Source: Prevotella sp.
GTDB lineage: Bacteria; Bacteroidota; Bacteroidia; Bacteroidales; Dysgonomonadaceae
NCBI GenBank assembly: GCA_031285625.1
Contig: JAITVV010000011.1
Coordinates: 1 to 64,000, forward strand
DNA length: 64,000 nt
Direction of reading: 5' to 3'
Positions 30,765-41,321 of the stretch are shown here, piece after piece; the stretch's first letter is position 1, and every line of letters begins with the position of its first letter. The notes below the pieces were generated by a model, which saw only the letters and a program-made list of their open reading frames with translations, was not told where the DNA came from and made no database searches. Made by a program: the position numbers and the translations under genes.

Positions 30765-30791
30765 AAAGAACAGAGGGACGAATCCCTCTGT
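30765..30791 (-). terminator. Intrinsic terminator after susD-like gene
   Basis: Minus strand ACAGAGGGA-TTCG-TCCCTCTGT then TCTTTT. Confidence 0.75.
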
Positions 30792-30820
30792 AAATATTCT
30801 AAAATGAAAAATAACAAAAT

Positions 30821-32302
30821 TTATCTTGGGTTTTGAGTAATGATACCATTATTTTTATCAATTTCATCTTGAGGTATAGGCAATATTTCATCTCGATTGG
30901 CTACAAATCCTTTAAATAATTGAGGGCCTTTACCAAAACGAACCACATCCCAGAAACGGAATCCTTCCATTGCAAGTTCCAGACGTCTTTCTTTCAGAAT
31001 ATCTTCAACTAACTGATCTCCTGATGATGTAATAGCCGGTAATCCAACCCTGTCGCGCAACAGTTTCAAATACTTCTTCGCCTCCCCTTCGTTCTTTGTT
31101 GCACCTCTGGTACAAGCCTCTGCATAATTTAAATATACCTCAGCCAAACGGATAAGCTGGATATTCAGTGGATTATTTCTAATTTCTTTAGAGCGTTCAC
31201 TTGGAGGCAAATAATATTTTTGATTAAAATAACCAGTTCTGTTACGTTCCAGTTTCGCAAAATCTTCTGCAGACTCCCATGCTTTCAGGTCATCTTCGGT
31301 CAACAAAGTTGCATCTTTTCTCTCTGTATCACCAATTGCATCAAATGCATCTGCCAGAGCCTGATATGGCTGATTGATTCCGTAACCGTAAGTTACTCCG
31401 AACGGCATCATCATCAACACATGGAAATTACCGTTATTACTTGTTGCAGCCGATTGTGAAGGCGAATCGTAATGATTTATCTCCAGAATAGATTCAGTAC
31501 TATGCTCTCCAGCCAAAGTAAACTGATAACCATAATCATCTACAAGTTTGTAATCACCGGATTCTATTACTTTCAATGCAGCCGTTTTAGCTTCATCAAA
31601 CTTTTCTTCATACAGATATACTCTGGAAAGCATTGCATAAGCAGCACCTTGTGTAATACGACCTGCATAATCTGCATAGTTAACTTCAGAGCGACGTGGC
31701 AATGCTGCTGCAGCTGCATTCAGGTCAATTTCAATCTGAGCATATACTTCAGCTTTAGGTGTCCGGGGTTTCCCTTTATCCGCAACAGTAGGAGTTGCAG
31801 TCAATAAAGGTACATCACCAAAACATTTTACTAATTCGTGATAGAAATATCCTCTGAGAAAAAGAGCCTCGCCTAGTAATGCATTTTTCTTGTAAACAGA
31901 GAATAATGCATCATCCATCTTGTTAATGCCATCTATGGTTTGATTAGCCTTATTTATAGCCCTGTAGCATAACATATATCTATTTAATATACGTCCATTA
32001 TCAGCAGGATAATCGTAAGCTTCCATACGTGCATACCCGGAAACGTCGGCATCGGAACCACTATAAGTAGCGTCATCGGATAATATATCACCAAATGCCC
32101 ACAATGTCCATGTATACCGGTAGTCTTTCATATCTGAATAAGCTGCGGTCAAAGATTGGAAAGCTTCTTCTTCTGTTTTGAAAAAATTATCGGTAGTAAG
32201 GCTTCCTAACTTACTTTTATCTAGGGCATCATCACAGCTATTCATCAGGAACATACTGAGTCCGATAAATAAACATAATATTTTATTTGTTTTCATTGTC
32301 AT
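30821..32302 (-). CDS. RagB/SusD family lipoprotein
   Basis: Lipobox MNSC; GEALFLRG, FGDVPL, IRLAEVYL, ERRLELAMEG.RFWD, PIPQ.EI. Confidence 0.95.
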   Translation of the reverse strand: MTMKTNKILCLFIGLSMFLMNSCDDALDKSKLGSLTTDNFFKTEEEAFQSLTAAYSDMKDYRYTWTLWAFGDILSDDATYSGSDADVSGYARMEAYDYPADNGRILNRYMLCYRAINKANQTIDGINKMDDALFSVYKKNALLGEALFLRGYFYHELVKCFGDVPLLTATPTVADKGKPRTPKAEVYAQIEIDLNAAAAALPRRSEVNYADYAGRITQGAAYAMLSRVYLYEEKFDEAKTAALKVIESGDYKLVDDYGYQFTLAGEHSTESILEINHYDSPSQSAATSNNGNFHVLMMMPFGVTYGYGINQPYQALADAFDAIGDTERKDATLLTEDDLKAWESAEDFAKLERNRTGYFNQKYYLPPSERSKEIRNNPLNIQLIRLAEVYLNYAEACTRGATKNEGEAKKYLKLLRDRVGLPAITSSGDQLVEDILKERRLELAMEGFRFWDVVRFGKGPQLFKGFVANRDEILPIPQDEIDKNNGIITQNPR

Positions 32303-32314
32303 ATTCCTTTTTAA

Positions 32315-35300
32315 TTAAAATGTTATACTCACGCCACCTGTTATAGTCATAGCCTGTGGATATGTACCGATATCAACACCTCTACTTAAATAGTTAGTTG
32401 AAGTAATCTGTCCAACTTCAGGGTCTGCTCCGCTATAGTCCGTAAATGTAAACAGGTTTTGTCCTGTTACATATATTCTCAACTTCTGCATATAAGCTTT
32501 CTTTGAAAAAGACACAGGGAATGTATAGCCTAATTGGATATTACGCAAACGCAAATATGATCCATCCTCTACATAGCGGTCAGAAATACGCATATTATCA
32601 TTCACATCACTACCAGCCAGACGAGGTATATTTGTATTTGTATTGTCCGGTCTCCAATAGTTTAATACAGCCACATCTTTATTTGTCACAGAAGAAAGAT
32701 CATATGTATAATAACGCATAGCATTAAATATATCATTACCATATGTACCTCCCCATTGCATATTCAGGTCAAATCCTTTATAACCGAATCCTAGATTGAT
32801 ACCATAAATAAAATCAGGAATAGGATTTCCTATTACAACCTTATCTTGGTCATTTAATGATTCATCTCCATTTGTATTTACAAAAACGACATCTCCTAGT
32901 TGTGCATTTGGTTGTAGTTTCCTTACTTCAGTAAGTTGTGCTTCAGTTTGTACCAGTCCATTTGTCTTATAACCGTAGAATGCTCCTATAGGATCTCCCA
33001 CACGGGTTAATGTTGCATTACCATTTCTTAAAGCGCCCCCTGTTATTGGAGAACCACTACCAATACTTAACATTTTGTTTTTAATTGTAGAGATATTAAA
33101 TCCGACATTGTAACTGAAATCTCCGATCTGATCGCGCCAATCTATATTGAATTCAAATCCTTTATTTTCAGCACTACCAATATTCGTCATCGGACCAGTT
33201 TCAAATCCTAAGTAATTAGGGATAGGTTCGGTAATTAACATGTCCTTTGTTTTCTTATAATAATATTCACCACTAAATGTCAAGCGACCACTTAAGAAGT
33301 TTGCATCAAGTCCGATATTGGTTGACTCTGTCGTTTCCCATTTTACATTTGCATTACCCATTTTTACGGCAACCAAGCCCTGATATAATTGTTGAGCCGA
33401 ACCATTACCAAATAAATATGAATATTGAATATTAGAAGATAATAAGTTCTGATACATATAGTTATCTATATTCTGATTACCTATACGTCCCCAACCGGCT
33501 CTCAATTTTAAAGAAGACACCCATCCTGCATTCAGGTTTTTAAAGAAATCTTCATTCGAAACTTTCCATCCTAAAGCAAATGAAGGGAAGTTACCATATT
33601 GATGATCACTACCAAATCTGGAAGAACCATCGCGACGAATAGAAGCCGTAAACAGATAACGATCATCGAAATCATAGTTGATACGTCCCAGATAAGAAAT
33701 CAAAGCAGACTCATATGCAGTACCTACAGCTGTTGCTGAAGATCCATCTTGTGCTGCATCCAGATATTGTAAATCAAAATCATTATTTGGTGTATTCTTT
33801 TTCGAGCCTTCTAGTGTTTCTGTGCGTCCCCATTCTCTGGTGTAACCGACAAGAGCGTTCACACTGTGTTTTTCAGCAAATGTCCTTGTATAATTTAATG
33901 TGTTTTCCCAAACAAAATAATCAGATTTAAGATAACCGCGAGTAACCATATTCACAGGATTTTTCTGATAACTGGAAACTTCGTAGGTAGGATTAAATAT
34001 ATAATCATCGGTTTTTCTCATATCCACACCGAAACTTGATTTGAACTTAAAGTATTTCAAAAAATTCAGGTCAGCATATATATTTCCAACGATACTGGTT
34101 GTTTTACTTTTATTATTTGTAAAGTCAATATCAGCTACAGGGTTATTATAGTCTACATATGGAGAAAATCCATAATTTCCATCCTCATCACGTACAGGAA
34201 TTACAGGTTCTAGCTTGATTGCAGAGTTTACAATACCGACAGTATTACTTCCTTCCAGAATTTTATTCGTTCTGGATTGAGATATATTCAGATTTGTCCC
34301 TAATACCAGAGTCTTTTTAATAATCGTTTTCTCTATATTTTGTCTAAAAGAAAGACGTTGATAGTCTGTTTTTTTAATCGTACCTTCCTGATCAATATAT
34401 CCTACCCCCAAATTGTATGTATATTCATCAACCATACCACCTGATATTCCCAGATTATAACTTTGAATAGCAGCAGTACGTGTAATTTCTTTCATCCAGT
34501 CTGTAGAAGTGTTGCGATCTACCTTAGAAAGATCGATAGGAGCACTTCCTCTTACTTTATTTATCTCTGTCTGTAGATCATACCATTGAGGTCCATCCAG
34601 TAAGTCGAGTTTATTAACAACCTTACTTGCCCCATAATATGCATCCAATGTTACAGTTGTTTTACCCGCTTTCCCTTGTTTAGTCGTGATCAACACCACA
34701 CCATTTGCACCTCTGGCTCCATAAATAGCTGTAGCCGAGGCATCTTTTAAGATTTCCATCGACTGTATGTCTGACGTACTAAGGTAATCGATGTTACTTA
34801 CAGGCATTCCATCGACTACATATAATGGGTCTGAATTATTAACAGTACCAATACCTCTGATACGTACATTTATAGAACCACCTGGAGCTCCTGAATTTGA
34901 TGTAACGATAACACCCGGAACTTGTCCCTGCAAGGCCTGTGCTACATTGGCTACAGGTTGTCTTGATATCGCATCGGATTTTACTGAAGATATAGCTCCT
35001 GTAACATCACTCTTTTTCATCACTCCATATCCTACAACAATTACCTCATCCATCATCTGGGCATCTTCTTCCATTGTTATACTGATATTTGTCTGATTAC
35101 CTACAGCAATCGATTGAGCTTTGTATCCTATATAAGTAAACACTAATGTAGCATCAGAAGTCGTTGCAATACTATATGCCCCATCTATATCAGTCATAGT
35201 TCCATTAGTAGTTCCCTTTATCGTTACACTAACTCCCACTAAGGGTTCTCCCTGTGAATCTATAACTTTCCCTTGAACTGTAACTCTTGCTTGTTGTTGT

Positions 35301-35413
35301 TCCACAACACCATCTGATTTCAGACTGTAAGCATATATATTTCCTACAGACGAGCAAATTAGCCCGATGGCCAACAAACAAAGAATTTTCATGTGTGTTT
35401 TTGAGTTATTCAT
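32315..35413 (-). CDS. SusC/RagA TonB-dependent transporter
   Basis: GTMTDIDG, VVGYG, LKDASATAIYGARGANGVVLITTK, terminal Phe; TATATTTG box at 35667-35674 (-). Confidence 0.96.
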   Translation of the reverse strand: MNNSKTHMKILCLLAIGLICSSVGNIYAYSLKSDGVVEQQQARVTVQGKVIDSQGEPLVGVSVTIKGTTNGTMTDIDGAYSIATTSDATLVFTYIGYKAQSIAVGNQTNISITMEEDAQMMDEVIVVGYGVMKKSDVTGAISSVKSDAISRQPVANVAQALQGQVPGVIVTSNSGAPGGSINVRIRGIGTVNNSDPLYVVDGMPVSNIDYLSTSDIQSMEILKDASATAIYGARGANGVVLITTKQGKAGKTTVTLDAYYGASKVVNKLDLLDGPQWYDLQTEINKVRGSAPIDLSKVDRNTSTDWMKEITRTAAIQSYNLGISGGMVDEYTYNLGVGYIDQEGTIKKTDYQRLSFRQNIEKTIIKKTLVLGTNLNISQSRTNKILEGSNTVGIVNSAIKLEPVIPVRDEDGNYGFSPYVDYNNPVADIDFTNNKSKTTSIVGNIYADLNFLKYFKFKSSFGVDMRKTDDYIFNPTYEVSSYQKNPVNMVTRGYLKSDYFVWENTLNYTRTFAEKHSVNALVGYTREWGRTETLEGSKKNTPNNDFDLQYLDAAQDGSSATAVGTAYESALISYLGRINYDFDDRYLFTASIRRDGSSRFGSDHQYGNFPSFALGWKVSNEDFFKNLNAGWVSSLKLRAGWGRIGNQNIDNYMYQNLLSSNIQYSYLFGNGSAQQLYQGLVAVKMGNANVKWETTESTNIGLDANFLSGRLTFSGEYYYKKTKDMLITEPIPNYLGFETGPMTNIGSAENKGFEFNIDWRDQIGDFSYNVGFNISTIKNKMLSIGSGSPITGGALRNGNATLTRVGDPIGAFYGYKTNGLVQTEAQLTEVRKLQPNAQLGDVVFVNTNGDESLNDQDKVVIGNPIPDFIYGINLGFGYKGFDLNMQWGGTYGNDIFNAMRYYTYDLSSVTNKDVAVLNYWRPDNTNTNIPRLAGSDVNDNMRISDRYVEDGSYLRLRNIQLGYTFPVSFSKKAYMQKLRIYVTGQNLFTFTDYSGADPEVGQITSTNYLSRGVDIGTYPQAMTITGGVSITF

Positions 35414-36150
35414 AATACTTTGTTTATTAATTATTTTGATACTTTCCCTATTTACTGTGAATTAATAGCACTGAGCTATCATACATTTTATGAGCAGATT
35501 CCCGATTCAACAATAAGTACTAAAACATGAGAAGATTTAAAGACTAGACTAGACCAGATTCAAAGCTTTTTTTTCATAAGTTCGTTTTATAGAGGTTATA
35601 CATATTTTGAGAAATGAGTCTTAAACTATTGGAATAATTAAGATCGCTATTCGATTTAGAGCTTTACAAATATAAAATGTTTTTATATATCTTTTTAGAG
35701 TCATTTAATTATTTTAATATTTATTATATTTAGTTTGTATATTTTTACATTAATAAAACTATGAATTATATATAAATATCTAATTAAAAGTATTTTAATA
35801 TACAAATAATAAATACAATAAGAATTATATTTTTATATCATACATATATTTTCACATTTATTAAATACAATATGCATTAAAATTAGAACATAGAAGAACA
35901 CAGAAGCCTGAAAAGAAATCTATATATAGAAATATTTAGCAATAATCAGATTCAATAAATATAAATAATTAAATATTTGTATATAAATACAAATTATTGT
36001 TAATTTAATGATTTTAACAAAGTAGAAATTATTCAATTTAAATATATCATCTTATATTTGCTCAATAATCCAACAAAATAAGAACCACATATCATTATAA
36101 TCTCTAATCTTTTATCTTTGGCAATTAAAAACAAATTAAAGGATTAAACT

Positions 36151-37317
36151 ATGAAAAGATTAATTAATATAACACTGCTATTCTTATGCACATTGGTTAT
36201 TAATGCGCAAAATGGTCAAGTCATAACAGGAGCAGAATCTATAAATGAGTACTTCCCCTTAATAAAAGGGAAAAGAGTTGCTCTGGTTTCTAATCACACC
36301 GGTATGATAAAGGATCAGCATGTAGTAGATATATTAGTAAAAGAGAATATAAATGTAACAGCTATATTTTCTCCGGAACACGGATTCAGAGGAAATGCCG
36401 ATGCAGGAGAACATGTTGCCAGTTCTGTTGACAAAAAAACAGGAATTCCAATTCGTTCACTGTATGATGGAAAAAGTAGAAAACCCAGCAAACAATCAAT
36501 GGAACTTTTCGATGTTCTTTTATTTGATATTCAAGATGTAGGCCTAAGATTTTACACCTATTATATAACAATGTTCAGATTGATGGACGTGTGCGCAGAA
36601 TATAACAAAGCGATGATCATACTTGACAGACCAAATCCAAACGGGCATTATGTAGATGGTCCCATAATGAATATGAAATACAAATCAGGTGTAGGATACC
36701 TGCCAATCCCCGTAGTACATGGTATGACTCTGGGAGAACTGGCTCTAATGATCAATGGAGAAGGTTGGCTGCCCGAGTCGAAAAAATGTGATATAACAAT
36801 AGTGAAATGCAAAAACTATACGCATAAGACAATGTACCAACTACCGATAGCACCTTCGCCTAATCTGCCAAATATGAAATCAATATATCTGTATCCATCC
36901 ACATGCTTATTTGAAGGCACACCTGTGAGCCTGGGTAGAGGGACATCTTATCCGTTCCAGGTATATGGACACCCTCAAATGAAAGGATATACATTTAGTT
37001 TTACACCCAAAAGCATCCCCGGAGCAAAGAATCCTCCTCTGCTAAATCAAAAATGTTTTGGAGTAGATTTAAGAAATATACCTGACGAAAATATATATAC
37101 AAAAGGTATCGATCTTTCCTACATAATAGACGCTTATAAGAATCTGAAAATGGGAAATAAATTTTTCACCTCATTCTTTGAGAATCTGATTGGCGTTGAT
37201 TATGTAAGGAAAATGATTGTACAAGGTAAATCAGCAGATGAAATTAAGGAAATGTGGAAAGATGATGTTGAAAAGTTCAAACAACAGCGTAAACCATATT
37301 TATTATATGAAGAATAA
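36151..37317 (+). CDS. namZ: Exo-beta-N-acetylmuramidase NamZ family (DUF1343), copy 1
   Basis: Signal peptide; NHTG, FSPEHG, DIQDVG.RFYTY, LDRPNP, HGMTLGELA, PSPNLP; promoter boxes at 36053-36060 and 36113-36120. Confidence 0.92.
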   Translation: MKRLINITLLFLCTLVINAQNGQVITGAESINEYFPLIKGKRVALVSNHTGMIKDQHVVDILVKENINVTAIFSPEHGFRGNADAGEHVASSVDKKTGIPIRSLYDGKSRKPSKQSMELFDVLLFDIQDVGLRFYTYYITMFRLMDVCAEYNKAMIILDRPNPNGHYVDGPIMNMKYKSGVGYLPIPVVHGMTLGELALMINGEGWLPESKKCDITIVKCKNYTHKTMYQLPIAPSPNLPNMKSIYLYPSTCLFEGTPVSLGRGTSYPFQVYGHPQMKGYTFSFTPKSIPGAKNPPLLNQKCFGVDLRNIPDENIYTKGIDLSYIIDAYKNLKMGNKFFTSFFENLIGVDYVRKMIVQGKSADEIKEMWKDDVEKFKQQRKPYLLYEE

Positions 37318-37342
37318 TCACAATCTAAATAAATAACCAAAA

Positions 37343-38800
37343 ATGAAAATCAATTGTTTTATACCTTTTCAAAGCACGGACCAAGTTAGAGCAACTATAG
37401 CTTCTTTAAAATCATCCAGTCTTGTTGGTAAAGTATTTTTACTAACAGATAACAACTGTAAAGATATGGTAGATGACTGTGAGATAATCAATATAGATTC
37501 ATTACGGTCGACCGAAACAATAAAGAAAATAGCATCTAAAGCAAATACTGAATATACATTAATCTATACCAAACCGGCAGATCTTCGATTAGGCATGTTT
37601 GCTCTCGATCGCATGCTGCAAATAGCCAAAGACTCGGGTGCAGGATTAGTATATGCAGACCATTATCAGTCGGCAAACGACGAAAAGAAAAACAGCCCTG
37701 TTATTGCTTATCAGAAGGGTAGTCTGCGCGATGATTTCAATTTTGGTTCTGTACTGATATATAAATCAGAAAGCCTGAAAAAGGCTGTTTCTGAAATGGA
37801 TACAGCGTATAAGTTTGCAGGATTATATGACCTGCGCTTAAAAGTATCACAAGGAGCTGAACTTGTACATATCAACGAATATTTGTATACAGAGGTGGAG
37901 AACGACACCCGTAAAAGTGGGGAGAAAATATTCGACTATGTAGACCCGAAAAACAGGGATATGCAAATAGAAATGGAGAAAGTCTGTACCGATCATCTGA
38001 AGAAAATAGGTGCATACCTTGTTCCTGAATTCAAGAAAGTAGAGTTCAACCAATCTGAATTTGAATATGAAGCTTCCGTTATTATCCCAGTAAGAGATCG
38101 TATACGAACAGTTGCTGATGCGATAAAATCAGTGTTAAATCAAAAGACCAATTTTAAGTTCAACCTTATTGTGGTAGACAATTATTCTACTGACGGAACA
38201 ACAGAAGCGATAGATAAATTCGCTTCCGACGAGCGCTTAATCCACGTTATCCCTGAGAATAAAGAATTAGGAATCGGCGGGTGTTGGAATGCGGGTGTTC
38301 ACCATCCTAAATGCGGTAAATTTGCTATACAATTAGATAGTGATGATGTATATTCCGATGAAAATACTTTACAAAAAATAGTGGATGCATTTTACGCACA
38401 AAATTGTGCTATGGTAGTTGGGACATATATGCTTACCGACTTCGATATGAATATGATACCTCCGGGAATTATCGACCATAAAGAATGGACACCCGAAAAT
38501 GGAAGAAACAATGCTTTAAGAATCAACGGACTTGGAGCTCCCCGCGCTTTCTATACTCCGGTACTGAGAGATATAAAAGTACCAAATACCAGCTATGGTG
38601 AAGATTATGCATTGGGATTGTATTTCTCCAGAGAGTATCAGATAGGACGCATATATGATGTATTATATCTATGCCGCCGTTGGGATGATAACTCAGATGC
38701 CTCGCTGGATATCGTAAAAATGAATGCACACAATACATATAAAGACAGAATCCGTACATGGGAAGTAGAAGCTCGTATTGCTTTAAATAAGAGCAAGTGA
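37343..38800 (+). CDS. Glycosyltransferase family 2 with a degenerate N-terminal GT-A-like domain
   Basis: C-half SVIIPVR, VVDNYSTDGT, LDSDD, YGEDY; N-half GLVYAD...YDLRLK...HINEYLY resembles GT2. Confidence 0.85.
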   Translation: MKINCFIPFQSTDQVRATIASLKSSSLVGKVFLLTDNNCKDMVDDCEIINIDSLRSTETIKKIASKANTEYTLIYTKPADLRLGMFALDRMLQIAKDSGAGLVYADHYQSANDEKKNSPVIAYQKGSLRDDFNFGSVLIYKSESLKKAVSEMDTAYKFAGLYDLRLKVSQGAELVHINEYLYTEVENDTRKSGEKIFDYVDPKNRDMQIEMEKVCTDHLKKIGAYLVPEFKKVEFNQSEFEYEASVIIPVRDRIRTVADAIKSVLNQKTNFKFNLIVVDNYSTDGTTEAIDKFASDERLIHVIPENKELGIGGCWNAGVHHPKCGKFAIQLDSDDVYSDENTLQKIVDAFYAQNCAMVVGTYMLTDFDMNMIPPGIIDHKEWTPENGRNNALRINGLGAPRAFYTPVLRDIKVPNTSYGEDYALGLYFSREYQIGRIYDVLYLCRRWDDNSDASLDIVKMNAHNTYKDRIRTWEVEARIALNKSK

Positions 38801-38824
38801 CAAATTGTAGTTAAACAAGTTTTG

Positions 38825-38872
38825 AAAAAGTGAGAGTCAGAAAAACTACTCATGATAAGGCTCTCACTTTTT
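38825..38872 (+). terminator. Intergenic hairpin (terminator or mRNA stability element)
   Basis: AAAAAGTGAGAGTC-N20-GGCTCTCACTTTTT. Confidence 0.55.
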
Positions 38873-38891
38873 GATCTAAACAAAAAAAAGT

Positions 38892-39824
38892 ATGAACTTA
38901 ACTTCAAAAATAGCGAAAGATTTACTCCGGGATCAACTTGATGAATGGCCTCTGGCTAAAACCAATTTTGATGCACTGAAAGGTGTAAAATCCAAAGAAT
39001 TCCAATTCGATGATTTTATTATCAAAGTACAGTTTAATCCTGCCCGTATTCAATCATCAGCAGCTAAAGTGGATGCAAAGTCTATTCAGGAGAGAAAATG
39101 CTTTTTGTGTCCGGCTAACTTACCTAAGGAGCAAAAAGGAATTCCATTTGGTGATTATCAGCTACTCGTTAATCCGTTTCCTATATTTCCGGAGCATTTT
39201 ACTATACCTGCTTATGAGCATACTGACCAATTGATCTTAAACAGATATGGCGATATGCTTGATCTGGCTAAAAGCCTGGATAAATATACTGTATTTTATA
39301 ACGGACCAAAATGTGGAGCTTCGGCACCGGATCATGTGCATTTTCAAGCCGGAAGCAGAGGTTTTCTACCCTTAGAAATTGAAATAGAGAACATACCCAG
39401 AGAAATAATATACAGAACGAATGAACTCAATGTATTTATCATCCACAACTATCTGAGAAATAGTTTCTTTATAGAGACTAAAAATAGAGAGCAAGCCATA
39501 CAGTTCTTTAAACAGCTATACTCTTTACTTGAAATAAAAGAAGGTGATAACGAGCCGATGATGAATATTCTGACATGGTACGAAAATGGAATATGGTACA
39601 GTTACATTATACCTCGCGAAAAACACCGTCCTGCCTGCTTCTTCGCAGAAGGAGATGATAATATACTGATCAGTCCTGCTGCTGTAGATCTGGGAGGTGT
39701 GTTCATTACTCCTTTAGAAAAGGATTTTAATAAAATCACCTCGGATGATATAAAAGGAATTCTAAAAGAAATATGCATCAGCAATCAAAAGATGCGCTCA
39801 ATCATTGAAAAATTAAAACGATAA
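38892..39824 (+). CDS. DUF4922 family protein (HIT/GalT-like nucleotidyltransferase or phosphorylase fold)
   Basis: QFNPARI, CFLC, LVNPFPI, YNGPKCGASAPDHVHFQ (HxHxQ motif). Confidence 0.85.
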   Translation: MNLTSKIAKDLLRDQLDEWPLAKTNFDALKGVKSKEFQFDDFIIKVQFNPARIQSSAAKVDAKSIQERKCFLCPANLPKEQKGIPFGDYQLLVNPFPIFPEHFTIPAYEHTDQLILNRYGDMLDLAKSLDKYTVFYNGPKCGASAPDHVHFQAGSRGFLPLEIEIENIPREIIYRTNELNVFIIHNYLRNSFFIETKNREQAIQFFKQLYSLLEIKEGDNEPMMNILTWYENGIWYSYIIPREKHRPACFFAEGDDNILISPAAVDLGGVFITPLEKDFNKITSDDIKGILKEICISNQKMRSIIEKLKR

Positions 39825-39829
39825 TAAAC

Positions 39830-41125
39830 ATGGAACCAAAAGTAAGTGTCGGCATCTTATGGAATAACAGAATATCATTTATTCTGAGTTCTGGTTACTT
39901 ATATCAGGGAAAACAAGTCTCTGACGTAAATACTGTTTCATACATAGATGGAAAAATATTATGGAATGGGAAAACGTATGATGAATTATATTTTGAACCA
40001 ACAGCTAATAATGCCTCATTTATCATTAAGGATGTTGTTATTGGTATTAATTTTCATTGGGAACGCAAAGAAGACCAGGAATTTCAGGGAGCACTGAAAT
40101 TGATAGTTGAAAACAATATGATAACAGCTATCAACATCATCAAAGTAGAAGACTACCTTACCAGTGTTATATCATCAGAAATGAGTGCGACGGCTTCGCT
40201 GGAGCTACTTAAAGCACATGCTGTAATATCGCGTAGCTGGCTTTTGGCACAGATAGAAAAGAATAAAGAAATTGTTGCAAGCAAAGAACAATACACAACA
40301 TTTACCGAAACCGAAAATGAACGTATCCGCTGGTATGACAGGGAAGACCATACAAACTTTGATGTATGTGCCGATGACCATTGTCAGCGATACCAAGGAA
40401 TAACACGTACTTTTGCCAATATAGAAGTGGTAAAGAAAGCCATAAACGAAACAAGAGGACAGGTATTAAAATCGGAAAATAAAATATGCGATGCCCGTTT
40501 TTCCAAATGCTGCGGAGGAATTGCAGAAGAGTTTCAAAACTGTTGGGAAGATATCAAATTCCCCTATCTGGTAAAACTCAGGGATGACGATAAAATTCAG
40601 GATATACCCGATCTTACACAGGAAAGCGAATCTGTAAAATGGATTCAAACCCGCCCTTCGGCTTTCTGTAATACCAAAGACAAAAAAATACTAGAACAGG
40701 TCTTAAATAATTACGATCAGGAAACGACTGATTTTTATCGTTGGCAAGTTGTTTATAGCCAAAAAGAATTATCTGAACTGGCTTATAAACGCTCAGGAAT
40801 AGATTTTGGAACCATAGAAGAGTTGATTCCTGTTGAGAGGGGTACATCAGGACGCCTTATAAAGCTAAAGATAGTAGGTTCAAAAAAAACTATGACCATT
40901 GGTAAAGAACTGGAAATACGCCGTACATTATCTACCTCGCACTTATATAGCTCTGCATTTATTGTTGACAAAAAAGATGATAAATTCATCCTTACTGGTG
41001 GAGGTTGGGGGCATGGTGTAGGACTATGTCAGATAGGTGCAGCAGTTATGGGCGAAAAAGGATATTCATACGATAAGATTTTATTGCATTACTATATTGA
41101 TGCAACCATTGAGAATTTATATTAA
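39830..41125 (+). CDS. SpoIID/LytB domain protein
   Basis: EDYL.SVISSEM, LKAHAV..RS, CQRYQG, GWGHGVGLCQIGA, ILLHYY; no signal peptide apparent. Confidence 0.92.
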   Translation: MEPKVSVGILWNNRISFILSSGYLYQGKQVSDVNTVSYIDGKILWNGKTYDELYFEPTANNASFIIKDVVIGINFHWERKEDQEFQGALKLIVENNMITAINIIKVEDYLTSVISSEMSATASLELLKAHAVISRSWLLAQIEKNKEIVASKEQYTTFTETENERIRWYDREDHTNFDVCADDHCQRYQGITRTFANIEVVKKAINETRGQVLKSENKICDARFSKCCGGIAEEFQNCWEDIKFPYLVKLRDDDKIQDIPDLTQESESVKWIQTRPSAFCNTKDKKILEQVLNNYDQETTDFYRWQVVYSQKELSELAYKRSGIDFGTIEELIPVERGTSGRLIKLKIVGSKKTMTIGKELEIRRTLSTSHLYSSAFIVDKKDDKFILTGGGWGHGVGLCQIGAAVMGEKGYSYDKILLHYYIDATIENLY

Positions 41126-41149
41126 GAGTTGTTTAAAATATTTCCGTTT

Positions 41150-41257
41150 CTTTTGTCATGTTGAACGCAGTGAATTGAAAATCGGCAGAGCGAAGGGGAG
41201 CCAAACTCTCGTGTTAATTAGGATCGAGATTCTATGTTACACTCAGAATGACAAAGA
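41150..41257 (+). repeat. TGTCAT...ATGACA palindromic repeat, long form, copy B
   Basis: Highly similar to 24039-24145. Confidence 0.9.
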
Positions 41258-41321
41258 AGATAAACTTTAAATAATGTGATATCACTTTTAAGAAAGCCAA
41301 AATACAACTAAACATAAAATC

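Noticed and set aside
35520-35577. A8 tract after an ATG and short AGACT repeats in the susC leader as a phase-variable ORF
   Set aside because: With 7, 8 or 9 As the frame stops within 11 codons
41037-41270. 77-aa ORF containing CHVERSE...ILCYTQND
   Set aside because: Translation of palindromic repeat copy B overlapping the SpoIID 3' end
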